A DNA stretch of 64,000 nucleotides from Chrysomallon squamiferum (GCA_012295275.1 CM022678.1:11718001-11782000), one strand, 5' to 3'. Counted from the first letter of the stretch, positions 41,791-59,047 are shown. A program made the numbers and translations. The notes: generated by a model from the sequence alone, not told the origin.

Positions 41791-43789
41791 GAAAATGGAT
41801 TTTGGTGATAAACATTCAAGAAAGATTGATGACATTTCAATACAGAAGTTATAATTTGTCAACTAAAAGAGAAATAGATTTTAGTCTTTAATTTTAACTA
41901 ACATTGTTTACTATGACATGCAAGTAACCACTACTACTAACTCTACAAATACTTACTACATCTGATACAAGTGTTGCTGTTAATTATTGTTAAAACTACA
42001 AATACTGATAGTAATGACTACAGAAACTGATACTAAATACTACTAACATTAGAAATACAGTTAGATACTACTATCACTACAAAAACTCTTACTATTACTA
42101 CTAACATTAGAAATAAAGTCAGTTACTACTATCACTACACATACTCTTACTCGTACTGCTAGTGACTACTGCCAGCATTGGCAATAGCTACTCTCATTAG
42201 TGACACTGCTTGCTATTTGGTTAATTATATTAGAAATACAAATACTGGTAGCAAAGACTACCATTACACACACTTTGCTGATAACTCTATAATAAAGAAA
42301 TACAAATACTGGTAGAACTGCTACATATACTGGTAATAACTATTACTACTATACATACTGGTAGTAACCATACTATTAAAAGAACAAATATTAACTATAA
42401 TATTAAAACTACATATACTGCTATTAAAGAATATTAAAACTACATATACTGCTATTAAAGAATATTAAAACTAAAAGTACTGCTATTAAATGCTCTTAAA
42501 ACTAAAAATACTGCTATTAAACTAAAAGTACTGGTATTAAATACTATTAAAACTAAAAACAGAGCTATTAATTGCTATTAAAACTACAAACATATCTACT
42601 GACTGCGACTGATACTACTACTACTGCTACTACTACTAACTACTACAACTACTGTTTCAATTAAAACCATTACTGTTGCTGGTACTACTAATTATAATTT
42701 ATTATCAGATTCACTTTTGTTTCACATCTAGATATTCATTACTTAACATGTTGAACAAAAAAGGTTGAAAAAAGCAGTAATAGATAGATGGAAGAAAAAG
42801 AAGAAAGCAAGTTGAAGAAGAAAAAGATTCCAAATCAAAAATATGAATTATGAAGTAATGAATAAATAAAAATAATATGTGTGTGTGTGCAAAATTAACC
42901 AAAAAATAACAATAAAATTTAATAAAGTCAAAATCTTGATGTTATTTATCATGACAATGGAAATAGTAATTAGATAATGAAGAAGGATATAAACAACAAA
43001 TCAGTCAGTGGATATAATACAGTACTTGTGTTATCCTGGCTATTTAAAGTGTTTTAATCAAGACATAAATGTTGTTTAAGGTTTTGGTAATTACACAACT
43101 TAGTCTCAACACTTACAGTAGCAGATTACAGTACAGTAAAAAAACTACTTGATTGAGAAAAATCAGAATAAACTAAACTATGCACATCAAAGTAATTTTC
43201 AGACCTGTGTTTTGAGTCTCTGATTAGAAGGTTTTTTTTCTAAATGCTGCACCAACTGCAAGACTGTAAATTTAGTGTTTTTTATAGCAGCACTTACATA
43301 CTGCTTAGCACAGAACAGCAGCTCTGAATAAAAATGTGGAAATAGAGTTTATTTAAAAAGTTATTTTTTTAGTTGCATGAATGTTGAAATGTTACCTCAC
43401 TAGAACTAAGTCTGCAATTCTGTAGTAACAATTGAGTTGTCTCAGGAGGTTAAGATGCAGAGTTAAAATAGAGTCACAAACCTCTCAAATGTAAATGTTC
43501 TGTCTTATCTTTCAATACAAAATCATCTGACAGCTTTTAAACTGACATAATATTCTAGCATTGTTGTATTGCCGGTTAATGTCCTAATTTAAATTCTTGG
43601 TTCAGCATTCATAATATTGTGTTAACAGCATTTCTTTTTAACCACATGATATTCACTGGGTTACATCAGTATATGTTACAGAAAACACATTTATCTAGTA
43701 TACATTTTAGAAAAGATGACCAAAATTGATAATGCATTATTATTATTAATAGTAGTTTGTATTAGTATTAGTAGTGGTAGCAAATACTA

Positions 43790-43950
43790 AATTACTTCAT
43801 ACAAATCTCATTCTAAGGTACTTCATATAATTTTTGTACTAAAGTACTTCATAATAATCTCATAATAAAATACTTCATACAATTCTTATAAAAAAAGTAC
43901 TTCATACAAATCTCTTACAAAACTACCACATACAAATCTCATACTAAACA
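43790..43950. repeat. Degenerate ~26-bp tandem repeat
   Basis: tacttcata(c/t)aa..tctca..aaa recurs about 6 times. Confidence 0.6.
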
Positions 43951-44375
43951 TTTTGCACTAAACTTGTACGAAATTGTCTGAAGCCGCTCAGTACTGGAAA
44001 TAATTTTTGGAAAATGAGTGTACAAATCTCACAAAAAAGCTTGTGCATTGGGGAAAAAACAAGTAAAATATAAGAAAATAAAAAATAAATTAAGATAAAA
44101 TAAAGTTATATGACTGAATTTAGATCTACTGTTATTGTTAAGTAATACTTTTATGCAAGATAGTCTTCATGGTGTCGTTTGTAAAATAAGCTATTCTCTG
44201 AATTTATTCTTCAAATAGACTGGTAGCTAGCTGTAAAGAAAATTGACAAATTGTTTCAGAACAACCAGTGATAGATTCTACCACAGGACTATGATCTGGT
44301 TATGAGAAGATTGATAAATGAATAAATAAAGGATAATAATGATAAAATTTAAAAATAAAAATGAATAAATAAATA

Positions 44376-44422
<47 letters not shown>

Positions 44423-44464
44423 TCCGCATATGAAAATAAATAATAATACCGCGTATATAAAAAT

Positions 44465-45680
44465 AACACAGACAGAAATATTCGATCTATTTCTCCTCGC
44501 TCGTTTTTATTGCTATCAGAGGAAATGCGACTCTGTAATGAAATAATACCGTTGTTTGCGATTCCTAGAGTGCGCGCTTTATTTTGAAGGAAAACTAATA
44601 GAGTACAAAGTTGAACAAGCGGGAGATAAATCACGGAATTGCCATTAATTCCAGACGTGGAACGCATCTCGTGTAAATTTTGGAAATGAATGGAACGAGA
44701 GAAATAAATAAAAACCCAGTCAGGTAATTTACAAGATATTGTCTATACATTTTAGTAAGAATTTTTCGCAAAACATTAAGAAAGTTCGTTTTGACTTAAA
44801 TAGTGACGTGGTATTCTTTGTTTTTTGCTGCACCTGTAGACTAGTCGTTTTTATCTTATTCTAAAGCCTTCAAATTAAAGATAGCTGTGGTAAATTTTAT
44901 TATTACTTAAACACAGCATCGAAGTAATTAAACAATTTTCACTCATGCATAAACTGGTCCATTGAAAATGTTGTAACTATTGTTTTTGTTTGGAGTATCA
45001 TCAGTATGGCTGTGGCAGGTCAGTTTCTCAATGGCTGTTTTCTCATAGTTAACACTTTAAATCCCACAAGTTTATAACTATTCACTATTTCCATATTTGT
45101 CACAACTGTTCACATAATATTCTTTTAACAGCTTCTTTTGACCACATATTGGTACCAGAATCTACATGTTAGTGGTACATTCATTTTTTTTCATTTTTTA
45201 AAAACTATTTCTATATATATATATGTCACATTTGTCTAGTTTACATTTTGTAAAATTAAAACATAAACTTCATATATCAACTTCATATATCAACTTCATA
45301 TATCAACTTCACATATCAGACAATTTAGTTTCACTGCCATTAACAACCAAAATGTACTTTACTTTACCACACACATACAGTGGATATCTCTTTAATTCAT
45401 CATAGAACATAAAGCATAATGTTGTCATGTTAACACATAATTATGATTATGCACATTTGCAAAGCTTAAGATGATACTTCTTTCAGTTATTCCTAACTTA
45501 GAAAACCCAGATTTCACATCCATACAGTAATATATGTTTTACAATCAGACAAATTTAAGTCGGTTCATACATTAAATTCTCTACATTTCTTTTCAGTAGA
45601 GGAAACAGACTTTGAAGTTCAACTGATTGAAAATGTTCTGGTTTTACAAAGGATCCAGATTTACTGAAGACAAGTTCACG
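44465..45680 (+). promoter_or_regulatory. Paralogous promoter, exon 1 (donor 44724) and exon 2 (45597-45680) with no zinc-finger exon of its own (module 2)
   Basis: CpG-containing segment alignable to 37930-38195; CAG/GTAAT donor; exon 2 homologue with intact AG and GT. Confidence 0.6.
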
Positions 45681-48600
45681 GTATTTAACCTCAATTTCTG
45701 TATTAAATAATTAACCATGCAAGTAACTTGGTGTACATTAACATGATTAATTTCTTTCACAAGAATCTGTGTTACTGAACAAATATCTTTACAACTTTCA
45801 TACCTAAAAAAGTATTATTAATTCATTTGAGTATAATGAAAATAAGATACCAAATTTTCTATATTAAATAATTAACAATGAAAGTAACTTGATGTACATT
45901 AACATCTTTGAGAAGACCATCAGTTACTGACTGAATGCTATTACAACTTTCATACTTAAAATATTACTAGATCATTTAAGTCTGATGAAAATAAAATAGT
46001 GACTTTTTCCTTGCCGTACTTCAGAATCTGAAGAAAGTATTCTGATTTACGGCTGTTTGTACAATTCTAGTTTTTAGACCATCCTGTTTTTATCCTAAAT
46101 TAATGTCATACAGAATCAGATGCTCATTCAGAATGTTTGAAAAGCAGTGACTGGAATAAATTAATAAAAAAAATGTTGTAAGCTATAGAGGATCCCTCTG
46201 AAAAACCACAGTAGTAATTCAGTTTGGTCAGAAAATACTTTTTTTCAAAGATTTGAAATTGATTTAGATTTAATTTTCATATTTTTTTTTTTTTTTTTTT
46301 ATTTATTAGAGATACCCAGTCCTCCCCAACTATTTACACACCTACAATAACCTAAAATAAAGTTTTGTTGATAAAACAAATCAGCATTTTGTGGTGAGAA
46401 ATTGTCCTGTTTCTCACTTTATTGGTGAGCTTGCAACCTGCAGCTGTTTTTAGGTGGCACTGTAATTAGTAGCTCCGCCCTCATGCTACATAATTCAGAT
46501 GAACACAGTTCCTGTGCATCGTAGAATAACTCGTCACTTGCATGTTTAGACTGTTTAAGAGAAAAAAGTTTTTGTACCGTTTCAGTGTTTTTCATGTTTA
46601 AAGAGTGAAGGATTTTCATTTTTATCATCATTGAATTAAATTTAAAAAACTATTTATTATTATTGGTACATTTTGTCATCATTGAATTAAATTAAAAGTT
46701 TTATATATATATTTATTTATTATCATCATTTACTTTTACATATTAATTTCACAATTTTATGTTGGAACTTCAGATGCATTTTTAACATATTTACAGGCAG
46801 ATGATTGCATTTTAAAGTGATTAAAATGTCACAGGATACCACTTTAAAACAAATGACTTGTGTCTAACAGCTTTGAATAGGACAACATAACTTTGTTTCT
46901 ACATGTAACATGATTTTTCAGTCTTATTTTAAATGTTTAGAGGTTAAAAGTTAAAATGAAGCTGTGATGTGTCTGTGTTATCTAAAAAAGACTAACAGCA
47001 TTTGATCTTTAACCATTATCATCTGCAATACACAAACCCGGCTAAAGCTTGGTGCCCACTCCAGAAAGGTGTTGAATTAGAAACAATAAAATGTGTGTAA
47101 TCAGGAGACTAAAGGCAGTGAAAAGCACAGGTGTGATGAGTCGGATATTTGAAACAGAAATATAAAAGAGTTTTCTTATCTTTGTTCTTGATGTGGTTTG
47201 ACTGCAAATAAAAGTTACCTATGATCTGACCATTGCTGGTATTTTCTCTGATGGAGCTAGTCAACACTACAAGCAAAAATAAATCAAGTTTTAAGATCAG
47301 TTACTGATATTGAAAAATGAAATGTGATTAGTTTATTTCCTGGGCTGATTGTCTTTAATTTGCTACTTACTTTGTCTGTGAACCAGGTAAATGATTTTCA
47401 GTAAGTTTAACAAGCACTCATGGTAAGCTTGTAACCAGACTTCACTTTCAGAGCTGAATTGTTTGTCCGAAAATTGACCATGTGATAGGTCATTACTAAA
47501 TTTAGCAATTGGTACAAGCCCTATTCAGTTATTGTGTGCACACCAGCATTCCAGACTTTCCATAATCTAATGTGTTATATCTAACATGAGAGCGGAATTT
47601 CAAAGACAATTTGTGTATTCACACACATCATGAAAATTTAATTTCCGTACTTTTGATCTTCTGAGTGTTAAGTTTGTTTCATGGACTTCTGTTGTTTTTA
47701 AGGACTAGTGTTAACTCTGTCTACTCTTTCTGTTACAGAATGAACTTGGTTCCATCTTAAAACAATTAGTTTTCTGGTTCTCAGCTGTGTGTAATGTGAT
47801 ACTGTAAAACAGTTCAGGTACCAATTGTACATGACTAATTGTACTGCATAATAATCACCAAACACCAATTGTATAATTACTTCAAGCCAGAGCAAGTTGG
47901 GCACTTTGAGAGAAGCAGAATTAGCATCTTAAAATAACTTTTATTTATTATTTATTTTTTTATTATCCATCGTGAATGCAGTATTATGATTTTCCATGAA
48001 TTTTCATATGTTTTCTCGAACTGTCTCCTTCTGTAACCACAGTTTTGTTTTAAGTAAAACTATTGTTAATGACTTATTTATTTCAGATTCATATATTTAT
48101 TTGAAAAAAATCTTAGTTTGATTTTAGTGATACTTTGAGTGATGTGGATGCTAAGGCTGACCAATGGATGTGTTGTTTTTGTGTCTGTCCATAACCAAGT
48201 TTTAAACACCAATTTATGATATTTACCACAAACAAAAAAAAAAAAAATAAAAAATAAAACGAAGAAAAAAAAAGGGCCTTTCATACTTAATCGTAACCTC
48301 GGACTTGACTCTGAATTTATAAACAGTTTAGCCTCAAATATTAATACTGTAATTATAAATGAAGCGAAATATATGTTTGGTAAGATATAATACAGCCAAG
48401 GAAAAATCTAGAGCACTGGACAGACGTTCAGCAGGATAATACTTTATTGTTAATGAATATATTAAGTATTCTGTTAATATTATGTTATCTTTTTATATAC
48501 TATTGTATAACATTACTTTTGACACGAAAATTATACCATCTAGTGGTTAACAGTCGTTAAACAAATATAAAATATAATACTTCGAAAATAATATTAAATT

Positions 48601-49460
48601 ATCGAGCTGTTAAGGTAAATTATTCAGATGAAGTTCACTGAAGCTCAGTTGATTGAATTTTTCTTCCTATTTACGAACTATCCAGATCTATTTAATACAA
48701 GTCAAAAGTGTCTGACTATAGTAACAACATTCATTTTTTTGTCATTTTATACAAGTCTTTAAAAAGTTGTTCTAAAAATGCTTTTTAAAAATCAATAATC
48801 ATAGATCTAGTCTTCTGCGTTAAATTTTAACTTCAGATTTTCCCAGTATTTCAAAACAAAGCAATTGATGATGTAAATCATCTGCTATTTCTGCTAATGT
48901 TACGGTGTCAGCATATAACAACTTTCGTAGCTTAAAAAACTTGCTCATTTAAATATCAATAAAATAAAATTGATGAGAGAATTTCCTATTACCTTTCTCC
49001 AAAATTAAAAGAAAACATACGATTTTGACAAGTTAGAATATAAATGATATATTAAATTAGTATAAAATAATCAACTTGAATAAAATATGCTAATTTAAAT
49101 ATTAATGGTTAGCATGTTATTAATGTATTTATATTTTCAGAAATCAATGAAATCTAAGCATCACAATTCCAGATTTTCATGAAAATGACATTAGGATGTG
49201 AAGTGAAAAATATCAGTTTGCAAATTCGAGGAATTATGTGTTTTAATGAAGGAACACTTTACACTTTAGCGCAGTTCTCTGTACTTTACATCATCGTCAC
49301 AGTACGTTCAAAACACCTCTGATTTGGGAATTTTGTGGTGCGATGTAATTACAGTAGTCATGGTAACCCAATGAAACACACGAATTTACAGCAGAGAGAA
49401 AGGGTTTAAATGGGAAATGTGTGAGAGATGATTTTCTAAAAATAGAATATAAAAATTACC

Positions 49461-50476
49461 ATGGCAGGTAAACGTTATGAAGAATTATTCAGCATTCATT
49501 CTGGTGAGAAACCTTTTAAATGTGAAGTTTGTTCAAAATGTTTCTCAAGACGTCTATTTGTAGAAAATCATATGAGAATCCATACTGGAGAGAAACCTTT
49601 TAAATGTGAAGTTTGTGAAAAATATTTCTCAAAGAGTTCAAATCTAAAAAGTCATATGAAGAAGCACACTAATGAGAAAACTTTTAAATGTGAAGTTTGT
49701 GAAAAATGTTTCTCAAGCAGATCGAGTTTAAACAATCACATGACCGTACACACTGGAGAGAAACCTTTTAAATGTGAATTTTGTGCAAAGTCTTTCTCAT
49801 GGAGTTCAACTCTAAAAGGTCACATGCCAGTTCATACCAGGATTAGATGTTTTAAATGTGAAGTTTGTGCAAAATCTTTCTTACACCCTACGAGTCTAAA
49901 AAACCATAAGATGATCCATACTGGTGAGAAACCGTATAAATGTGAACTTTGTTCAAAATCATTCTCACAATGTGGGACCCTGAAAAGGCATATGAAAGTC
50001 CACACTGGTGAGAAATCTTTCAAATGTGAAATTTGTGGAAAATGTTTGTCAACAGCAGATAGTCTAAAACGTCACATGAAGGTTCACTCTCGTGAGAAAC
50101 CTTTTAAATGTGACGTTTGTTCAGACGTTTTAAATGTAAAGTGTGTAAAAAACGGTTCTCAAAACGTCTGTATGCAAAACACCAAATGAAATGCTGTACT
50201 GGTGACAGACCTTTTAAATGTGAAGTTTGTGCAAAATGTTTCTCGTGCAGTTCGAATCTAAGAGATCACACGATGGTCCATACTGGAGAGAAACCTTTTA
50301 AATGTGAGGTTTCTGGAAAATGTTTCTCACAACGTTCGAGTTTAAAGTTTCATATGACGATCCATACTGGAGTGAAACCCTTCAAATGTGAAGTTTGTGC
50401 AAAACATTTATCACGAAGAGAGGTTCTTAAAAATCACATGATGTCACATCGTGTTGAGAAGCGTTTTAAATGTTGA
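49461..50476 (+). pseudogene. C2H2 ZNF B: 7 intact fingers then a 58-bp frameshifting deletion; truncated gene (ORF ends 50189) or pseudogene
   Basis: Relative to gene C, the equivalent of 54131-54188 is missing at 50123, between TCA microhomologies; downstream frame also has Cys to Ser (CEVSGK). Confidence 0.85.
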
Positions 50477-51943
50477 GCTTGTGCAAAATGTTTCCAGCAA
50501 GCTGATATCTAACATGTCACACGAACTCCCACTTTTATTAGAAACGTTTGAAAAATTATTGATAATAATTTATGACAGAAGAGAAAAGGTAACGATGAAA
50601 TACATTTTATAATAAACAACACTTAAGAAAGGTTAATTAGAAATACGAGTTTTCATTGGTTTCCTAGAGAACAAATCTGGAATACTATGAGTTTCTATAT
50701 CAGAGTTCTAACTAGTAGCAGTACTGTTACTACTGCTGGTACTGCTGGTACTGTTGCTAGTACCGGTATCTCAACTACTACAGCAACATCACAACACTGG
50801 ATATTAGATGTCATTTGAACTGTCATTAATTCATTGTTACTGTAATAACAGATTACAATATCTTTTGGGGTGTTTTCGGTCAGTATGTTTTTCTGTATTG
50901 ACACAGACAATGCCAGTATCCATAATTTTTGTATTTTTAATTATGCATACGTGTATTTACTATAAGCATTTGCACTAATACTCCTACTGTTGCTGCATAT
51001 TGCTATTACTCTGTTTTGTGTGCAGCTAGACCTTCTTTAAAATGATTGTTTTATTAACTTATAACAATCGTGTAGACTGCATGTTCTTCATCAGTACCGA
51101 CTGTCTTCTTCATTATACACATACAAAGAAATTGAAGAAAATATGGCAATATATCCAAATGCATCCTTTGATGCTAATTTAAAAATAAAAATATACAAAT
51201 ATTCACGGCTAATGCCATTCCATATACACAATGGAACATTTAATCTTACCGAAATTTGATGACAAACGCTACTTTGGAGGACATAACATTGCAAATGATT
51301 TTCAACTGACATACGACTAATTAGCATTTGTGTTATAAACAAGAGACAGTTGATGTTATAACGTAAAACATAGCTCATAAGTGATGATACACAAACAATT
51401 GGCATACAATCATACAATAACTAGAAGACGCAAATGATACTTTTATTTAATATATTGTCATTATTTTATTATTTTTTCTTTTCAAAATGTAAAAAGCAGT
51501 TATGTGTTTGATGTATGACATTGTTGAATAAAGAGGATTTAATATGATTTCTTACAGTTGAGTTGGTAGATTCTTTAGTACTAAAAAGAGAACGGTGTGG
51601 ATTGTTCCACGAGAACTTTGACTGACATGTAGTGATAGAACTTAGTATGTGAACCAAATACGTTAAATTAAATTTGTGTACTCTGCTACCATTATCAGCC
51701 TTGAATATTGACTGTTCAGATTATATATATTGTCATTGTGGCATAGTTTCTATATTGAAGTTATTCAAGTATTGCTGAGTTATTGAAAACTCACATTTCA
51801 CTACCAAAGAATAATATTGGTTTTACAACCATGTCAAACAAATCTGACAGTGAGTTTAAATTCTCTAAATTTCATAAAATCTGAATTTTTATTTATAAAA
51901 TTACAAATTGACAGACACACAGTTTGATATGCTAGATACATAT

Positions 51944-52098
<155 letters not shown>

Positions 52099-53383
52099 CA
52101 TTACGAAATACGGGGTTACTTGTCAAATATACGGCAGACTGTGAAAGAAGACAGGTCTAAATGGCCCATTTAATAATCTATTCATCGTTTTCGCTTTTTC
52201 TCAGTTTTTTTTTTCTAACGTTCACTTATGACTTTTATCTGATTCATTTTATTTTCAGTTTTTCAGTTACGTCTTTATAAGAAATTTTCCTAACATATAT
52301 TTAGTGAATATATCAGTTAATGTCTACTATCACCGTGGCAAAACGTAGTATACTGAAACTATTAGAAACGCCTATCCCGATTCCGTGTATGTACAAAATG
52401 CATCATTTGGTCTTACAGACTTTTGTTCTTAACCGAGGACGTTGATTCTGAATTTATAAACAGTTTAGTCTGAATATAAATCCTGTAATTATAAATGAAG
52501 CGAAATATGTGTTTGGTAAGAATTCCACTTGTAATACAGCCGAGGAAATAAGTTGAGCATTGAACAGGTTCCATTGTAATCAATCAGCAGGATAAAACTT
52601 TATTGTTAGTGAATATTTTAAGTATTCTGTTAAAATTGTTACCTTTTTATGTACTATTGTATAACATTATCTTTTACACAATAATTATACTATCTAATTG
52701 TTAACAGTCTGTAAACAAATATAAAATAAAATACCTCAAAATATTCTGAAAACTATAGACTATTACATTATTGGGCTGTTAAGATAAATTATTCAGGTGA
52801 AGTTTAGTCTGAAGCTCATTGATTGAATGTTTCTTGTTATTTAAGAAGGATCCAGATCTAATTAAGACGAGTCCAAGTCTTTAAAATATTGTTCTAAAAA
52901 TAAATCTTAAAAAACAATAATCATAGTTTTTGTCTTGGTCATTAAGTTTTAAGTTCAGGTTTTCCCAAAACAAAACAGTTGATGTAAATGATCTGCTGTT
53001 TCTGCTAGAATTTTCGTACGTCATTAGACCACTTAAATGCCAAGAAAATAAAACAGATAAAAAATGTCTTCTTTGCTTTTCACCAAGGTTAAAAGAAAAC
53101 CTACGATTTTGAATAAATATTCTAATTTAACATGTTATTTTTATTTTATATTTTCAGAAATAAATCGAACTTAACCATCAGAATTCCAGATTTGTATGAA
53201 AATGAGAATCAGATGTGAAGTGAAAAATATAATTCCTCGAATTTGATCTAGCAATTTTGTGGTGCGATGTAATTACAGTAGTCATGGTAACCCAGTGAAA
53301 CACGTGTTTACAGCAGAGAGAAAGTGTTTAATTGCGAAATGTGTGAGAGATGATTTTCTAAAAGATAGATTATAAAAATTACC

Positions 53384-54541
53384 ATGGCAGGTAAACGTTA
53401 TGAAGAATTATTCAGCATTCATTCTGGTAAGAAACCTTTTAAATGTGAAGTTTGTTCAAAATGTTTCTCAAATCGTCAACTTGTAGAAAATCATATCAGA
53501 ATCCATACTGGAGAGAAACCTTTTAAATGTGAACTTTGTGAAAAATGTTTCTCAAGCAGATCGAGTTTGAACAATCACATGACCGTACACACTGGAGAGA
53601 AACCTTTTAAATGTGAAGTTTGTGAAAAATATTTCTCACAGAGTTCAACTCTAAAAAGTCATATGAAGAAGCACACTAATGAGAAAACTTTTAAATGTGA
53701 AGTTTGTGAAAAATGTTTCTCAAGCAGATCGAGTTTAAACAATCACATGACAGTACACACTGGAGAGAAACCTTTTAAATGTGAATTTTGTGCAAAGTCT
53801 TTCTTATGGAGTTCAACTCTAAAAGGTCACATGCCAGTTCATACCAGGATTAGATGTTTTAAATGTGAAGTTTGTGCAAAATCTTTCTTACACCCTACGA
53901 GTCTAAGAAACCACAAGATGATCCATACTGGTGAGAGACCGTATAAATGTGAACTTTGTTCAAAATCATTCTCACAATGTGGGACCCTGAAAAGGCATAT
54001 AAAAGTCCACACTGGTGAGAAATCTTTTAAATGTGAAATTTGTGGGAAATGTTTGTCAACAGCAGATAGTCTAAAATGTCATATGAAAATCCACTCTCGT
54101 GAGAAACCTTTTAAATGTGACGTTTGTTCAAAATGTTTCCCATACAATTCAAAGCTGAAATTCCACATGAAGTTGCATACAACTATCAGACGTTTTAAAT
54201 GTAAAGTTTGTAAAAAACGGTTCTCAAAACGTTTATATGCAAAACACCAAATGAAATGCTGTACTGGTGACAGACCTTTTAAATGTAAAGTTTGTGCAAA
54301 ATGTTTCTCGTGCAGTTCGAATCTAAGAGATCACACGATGGTCCATACTGGAGAGAAACCTTTTAAATGTGAGGTTTGTGCAAAATGTTTCTCACAGCGT
54401 TCGAGTTTAAAATATCATATGACGATCCATACTGGAGTGAAACCCTTCAAATGTGAAGTTTGTGCAAAACATTTATCACGAAGAGAGGTTCTTAAAAATC
54501 ACATGATGTCACATCGTGTTGAGAAACGTTTTAAATGTTGA
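53384..54541 (+). CDS. C2H2 zinc-finger protein C, 385 aa, 12 canonical fingers plus 1 atypical finger
   Basis: Uninterrupted ORF, ACCATGG start context, TGEKP linkers, acceptor at 53157. Confidence 0.92.
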   Translation: MAGKRYEELFSIHSGKKPFKCEVCSKCFSNRQLVENHIRIHTGEKPFKCELCEKCFSSRSSLNNHMTVHTGEKPFKCEVCEKYFSQSSTLKSHMKKHTNEKTFKCEVCEKCFSSRSSLNNHMTVHTGEKPFKCEFCAKSFLWSSTLKGHMPVHTRIRCFKCEVCAKSFLHPTSLRNHKMIHTGERPYKCELCSKSFSQCGTLKRHIKVHTGEKSFKCEICGKCLSTADSLKCHMKIHSREKPFKCDVCSKCFPYNSKLKFHMKLHTTIRRFKCKVCKKRFSKRLYAKHQMKCCTGDRPFKCKVCAKCFSCSSNLRDHTMVHTGEKPFKCEVCAKCFSQRSSLKYHMTIHTGVKPFKCEVCAKHLSRREVLKNHMMSHRVEKRFKC

Positions 54542-56416
54542 GCTTGTGCAAAATGTTTCCAGCAAGCTGATATCTAACATGTCACACGAACTCCCACTTT
54601 TATTAGAAACGTTTGAAAAATTATTGATAATAATTTATGACAGAAGAGAAAAGGTAACGATGAAATACATTTTATAATAAACAACACTTAAGAAAGGTTA
54701 ATTAGAAATACGAGTTTTGATTGGTTTCCTAGAGAACAAATCTGGAATACTATGAGTTTCTATATCAGAGTTCTAACTAGTAGCACTACTGTTACTACTG
54801 CTGGTACTGCTGGTACTGTTGCTAGTACTGCTATCACTTCTACTACAGCAACATCACGAAACTGGATATTAGATGTCATTTGAACTGTCATTAATTCATT
54901 GTCACTCTAATAACTGATTACGATATCTTTTGGGGTCTTTTCTGTCAGTATGTTTTTCTGTATTGATACAGACAATGCCAACATCCATCATTTTTGTATT
55001 TATAATTATGCATACGTGTATTTACTGTAAGCATTTGCACTAATACTCCTACTGTTGCTACATATTGCTATTACTATGTTTTGTGTGTAGCTAGACCTTC
55101 TTTAAAATGATTGTTTTATTAACTTAAAACAATCGTGTAGACTGCATGTTCTTCATCAGTACCGACGTATTCTGCATTATACATATACAGAGAAATGAAA
55201 CGAAATACGGCAATATATCCAAATGCATCCTTTGATGCTAATTTTAAAAATAAAAATATACGAATATTCACGGCTAATGCCATTCCATATACACAATGGA
55301 ACATTTAATCTTACCGAAATTTGATGACAAACGCTACTTTGGAGGACATAACATTGCAAATGATTTTCAACTGACATACGACTAATTAGCATTTGTGTTA
55401 TAAACAAAAGAGACAGTTGATGTTATAACGTAAAACATAGCTCATAAGTGATGATACACAAACAATTGGCATACAATCATACAATAACTAGAAGACGCAA
55501 ATGATACTTTTATTTAATATATTGTGATTATTTTATTAACTTTTCTATTTCTAAAATGTAAAAAGCAGTTATGTGTTTGATGTTTGACATTGTTGAATAA
55601 AGAGGATTTAATATGATTTCTTACAGTTGAGTTGGTATATTCTTTAGTACTAAAAAGAGAAAGGTGTGGGTTGTTGCACCTGAACTTTGACTGACATGTA
55701 GTGATAGAACTTAGTATGTGAACCAAATACGCTAAATTGCATTTGTGTACTCTGCTACCATTATCACCCTTGTAGACTGACGGTTCAGATTATATATATT
55801 GTCATTGTGGCATACTTTCTACATTGAAGTTACACAACACTCCATCATGAATTACACTTCAAACAATTACTTTGATAGTGGTAAACGTAGTATATTCTAG
55901 CAAAACACTCAACGATGAACGACACTCATTACACTTTAAAGAAAAGACCTGCTAATGATAAATAAACATTAATAAAAACCTGCCAACATCACCACTCCGC
56001 TGAACAAACACTCAATTTACAGTGGGTTATTGTACGTGAACACTGAGTGGCATGTAGTGATAGTATTTAGTATGTGAACCAAATACGCATGTAGTAATAG
56101 TATTTAGTATGTAAACCAAATATGTAAAATGACAGGTGTATACAATGTCGAATACAAACGATAATTACATAACGAAACGGTAATAACATAAAACGCAGTT
56201 ATGTGCAGAAAATTAACAGACAATTATTGTTAGGTACAGATTCTAGAACAAGGTATTTTCAAGTATTGCTCAGTTATTGAAAATTAACATTTCACTACCA
56301 CAGAATAATATTGGTTTTACAATCTTGTCAAACAAATGTGAAAGTGAGTTTAAATTCTCTAAATTTCATAAAATAATTGAGAAACATGTAGTTTGTTTAT
56401 GCTGCATTCATATAAT

Positions 56417-56526
<110 letters not shown>

Positions 56527-57894
56527 CATTACGAAATACGGGGTTACTTGTCAAATATACGGCAGACAGTGAAAGAAGACAGGTCTAAATGGCCCATTTA
56601 ATAATCTATTCATCGTTTTCGCTCTATCTCAATTTTTTTTTCTAACGTTCACTTATGAATTTTATCTGATTCATTTTATTTTCAGATTTTCAGTTACGTC
56701 TTTATAAGAAATTTCCCTAACATGTTTAGTGAATATATCAGTTAATGTCTACTATCACCGTGGCAAAACGTAGTATACTGAAACTATTAGAAACGCCTAT
56801 CCCGATTCCGTGTATGTACAAAATGCAGCATTTGGTCTTACAGACTTTTGTTCTTAACCGCAGACGTTGATTCTGAATTTATAAACTGTTTAGTCTGAAT
56901 ATAAATCCTGTAATTATAAATGAAGCGAAATATGTGTTTGGTAAGAATTCCACTTGTAATACAGCCGAGGAAATAAGTTGAGCATTGAACAGACTCCATT
57001 GTTATCAATCAGCAGGATAAAACTTTATTGTTAGTGAATGTTTTAAGTATTCTGTTAAAATTGTTACCTTTTTATGTACTATTGTATAAAATTACCTTTT
57101 ACACAATAATTATACTATCTAATTGTTAACAGTCTGTGAACAAATATAAAATAAAATGCCTCCAAAATATTCTGAAAACTATAGACTATTACATTATTGG
57201 GCTGTTAAGGTAAATTATTCAGGTGAAGATTACTCTGAAGCTCATTGATTGAATCATTCTTGTTATTTAAGAAGGATCCAGATCTAATTAAGACAAGTCC
57301 AAGTCTTTAAAAAATTGTTCTAAAAATAAATCTTGAAAAACAGTAATCATAGTTTTTGTCTTTGTCATTAAGTTTTAACTTCAGGTTTTCAGAAAACAGA
57401 ACAGTTGATGTAAATGATCTGCTGTTTCTGTTAGAATTTTCGTACATTACTAGATAATTTAAATGTCAAGAAAATAAAACAGATAAAAGATTTCTTCTGT
57501 GCTTTTCTCCAAGGTTAAAAGAAAACCTACGATTTTGAATAAATATTTTAATTTAACATGTTATTTATATTTTATATTTTCAGAAACAAATCGAACCTAA
57601 ACATCACAGTTCCAGATTTGTATGAAAATGAGATTCAGATGTGAAGTGAAAAATATAATTCCTCGAATTTGCAAACTTGATGTGTTTTAATGAATGAACA
57701 CTTTACACTTTAGCGCAGTAAATTCACTCTGTACTTTACATCATCGTCACAGTACGTTGAAAACACCTCTGATCTGGTAATTTTGTGGTGCGACGAAATT
57801 ACAGTAGTCATGGTAACCCAATGAAAACACGAGTTTACAGCAGAGAGAAAGGGTTTAAATGCGAAATGTGTGAGAGATGATTTTCTAAAAGTAG

Positions 57895-59047
<1,153 letters not shown>

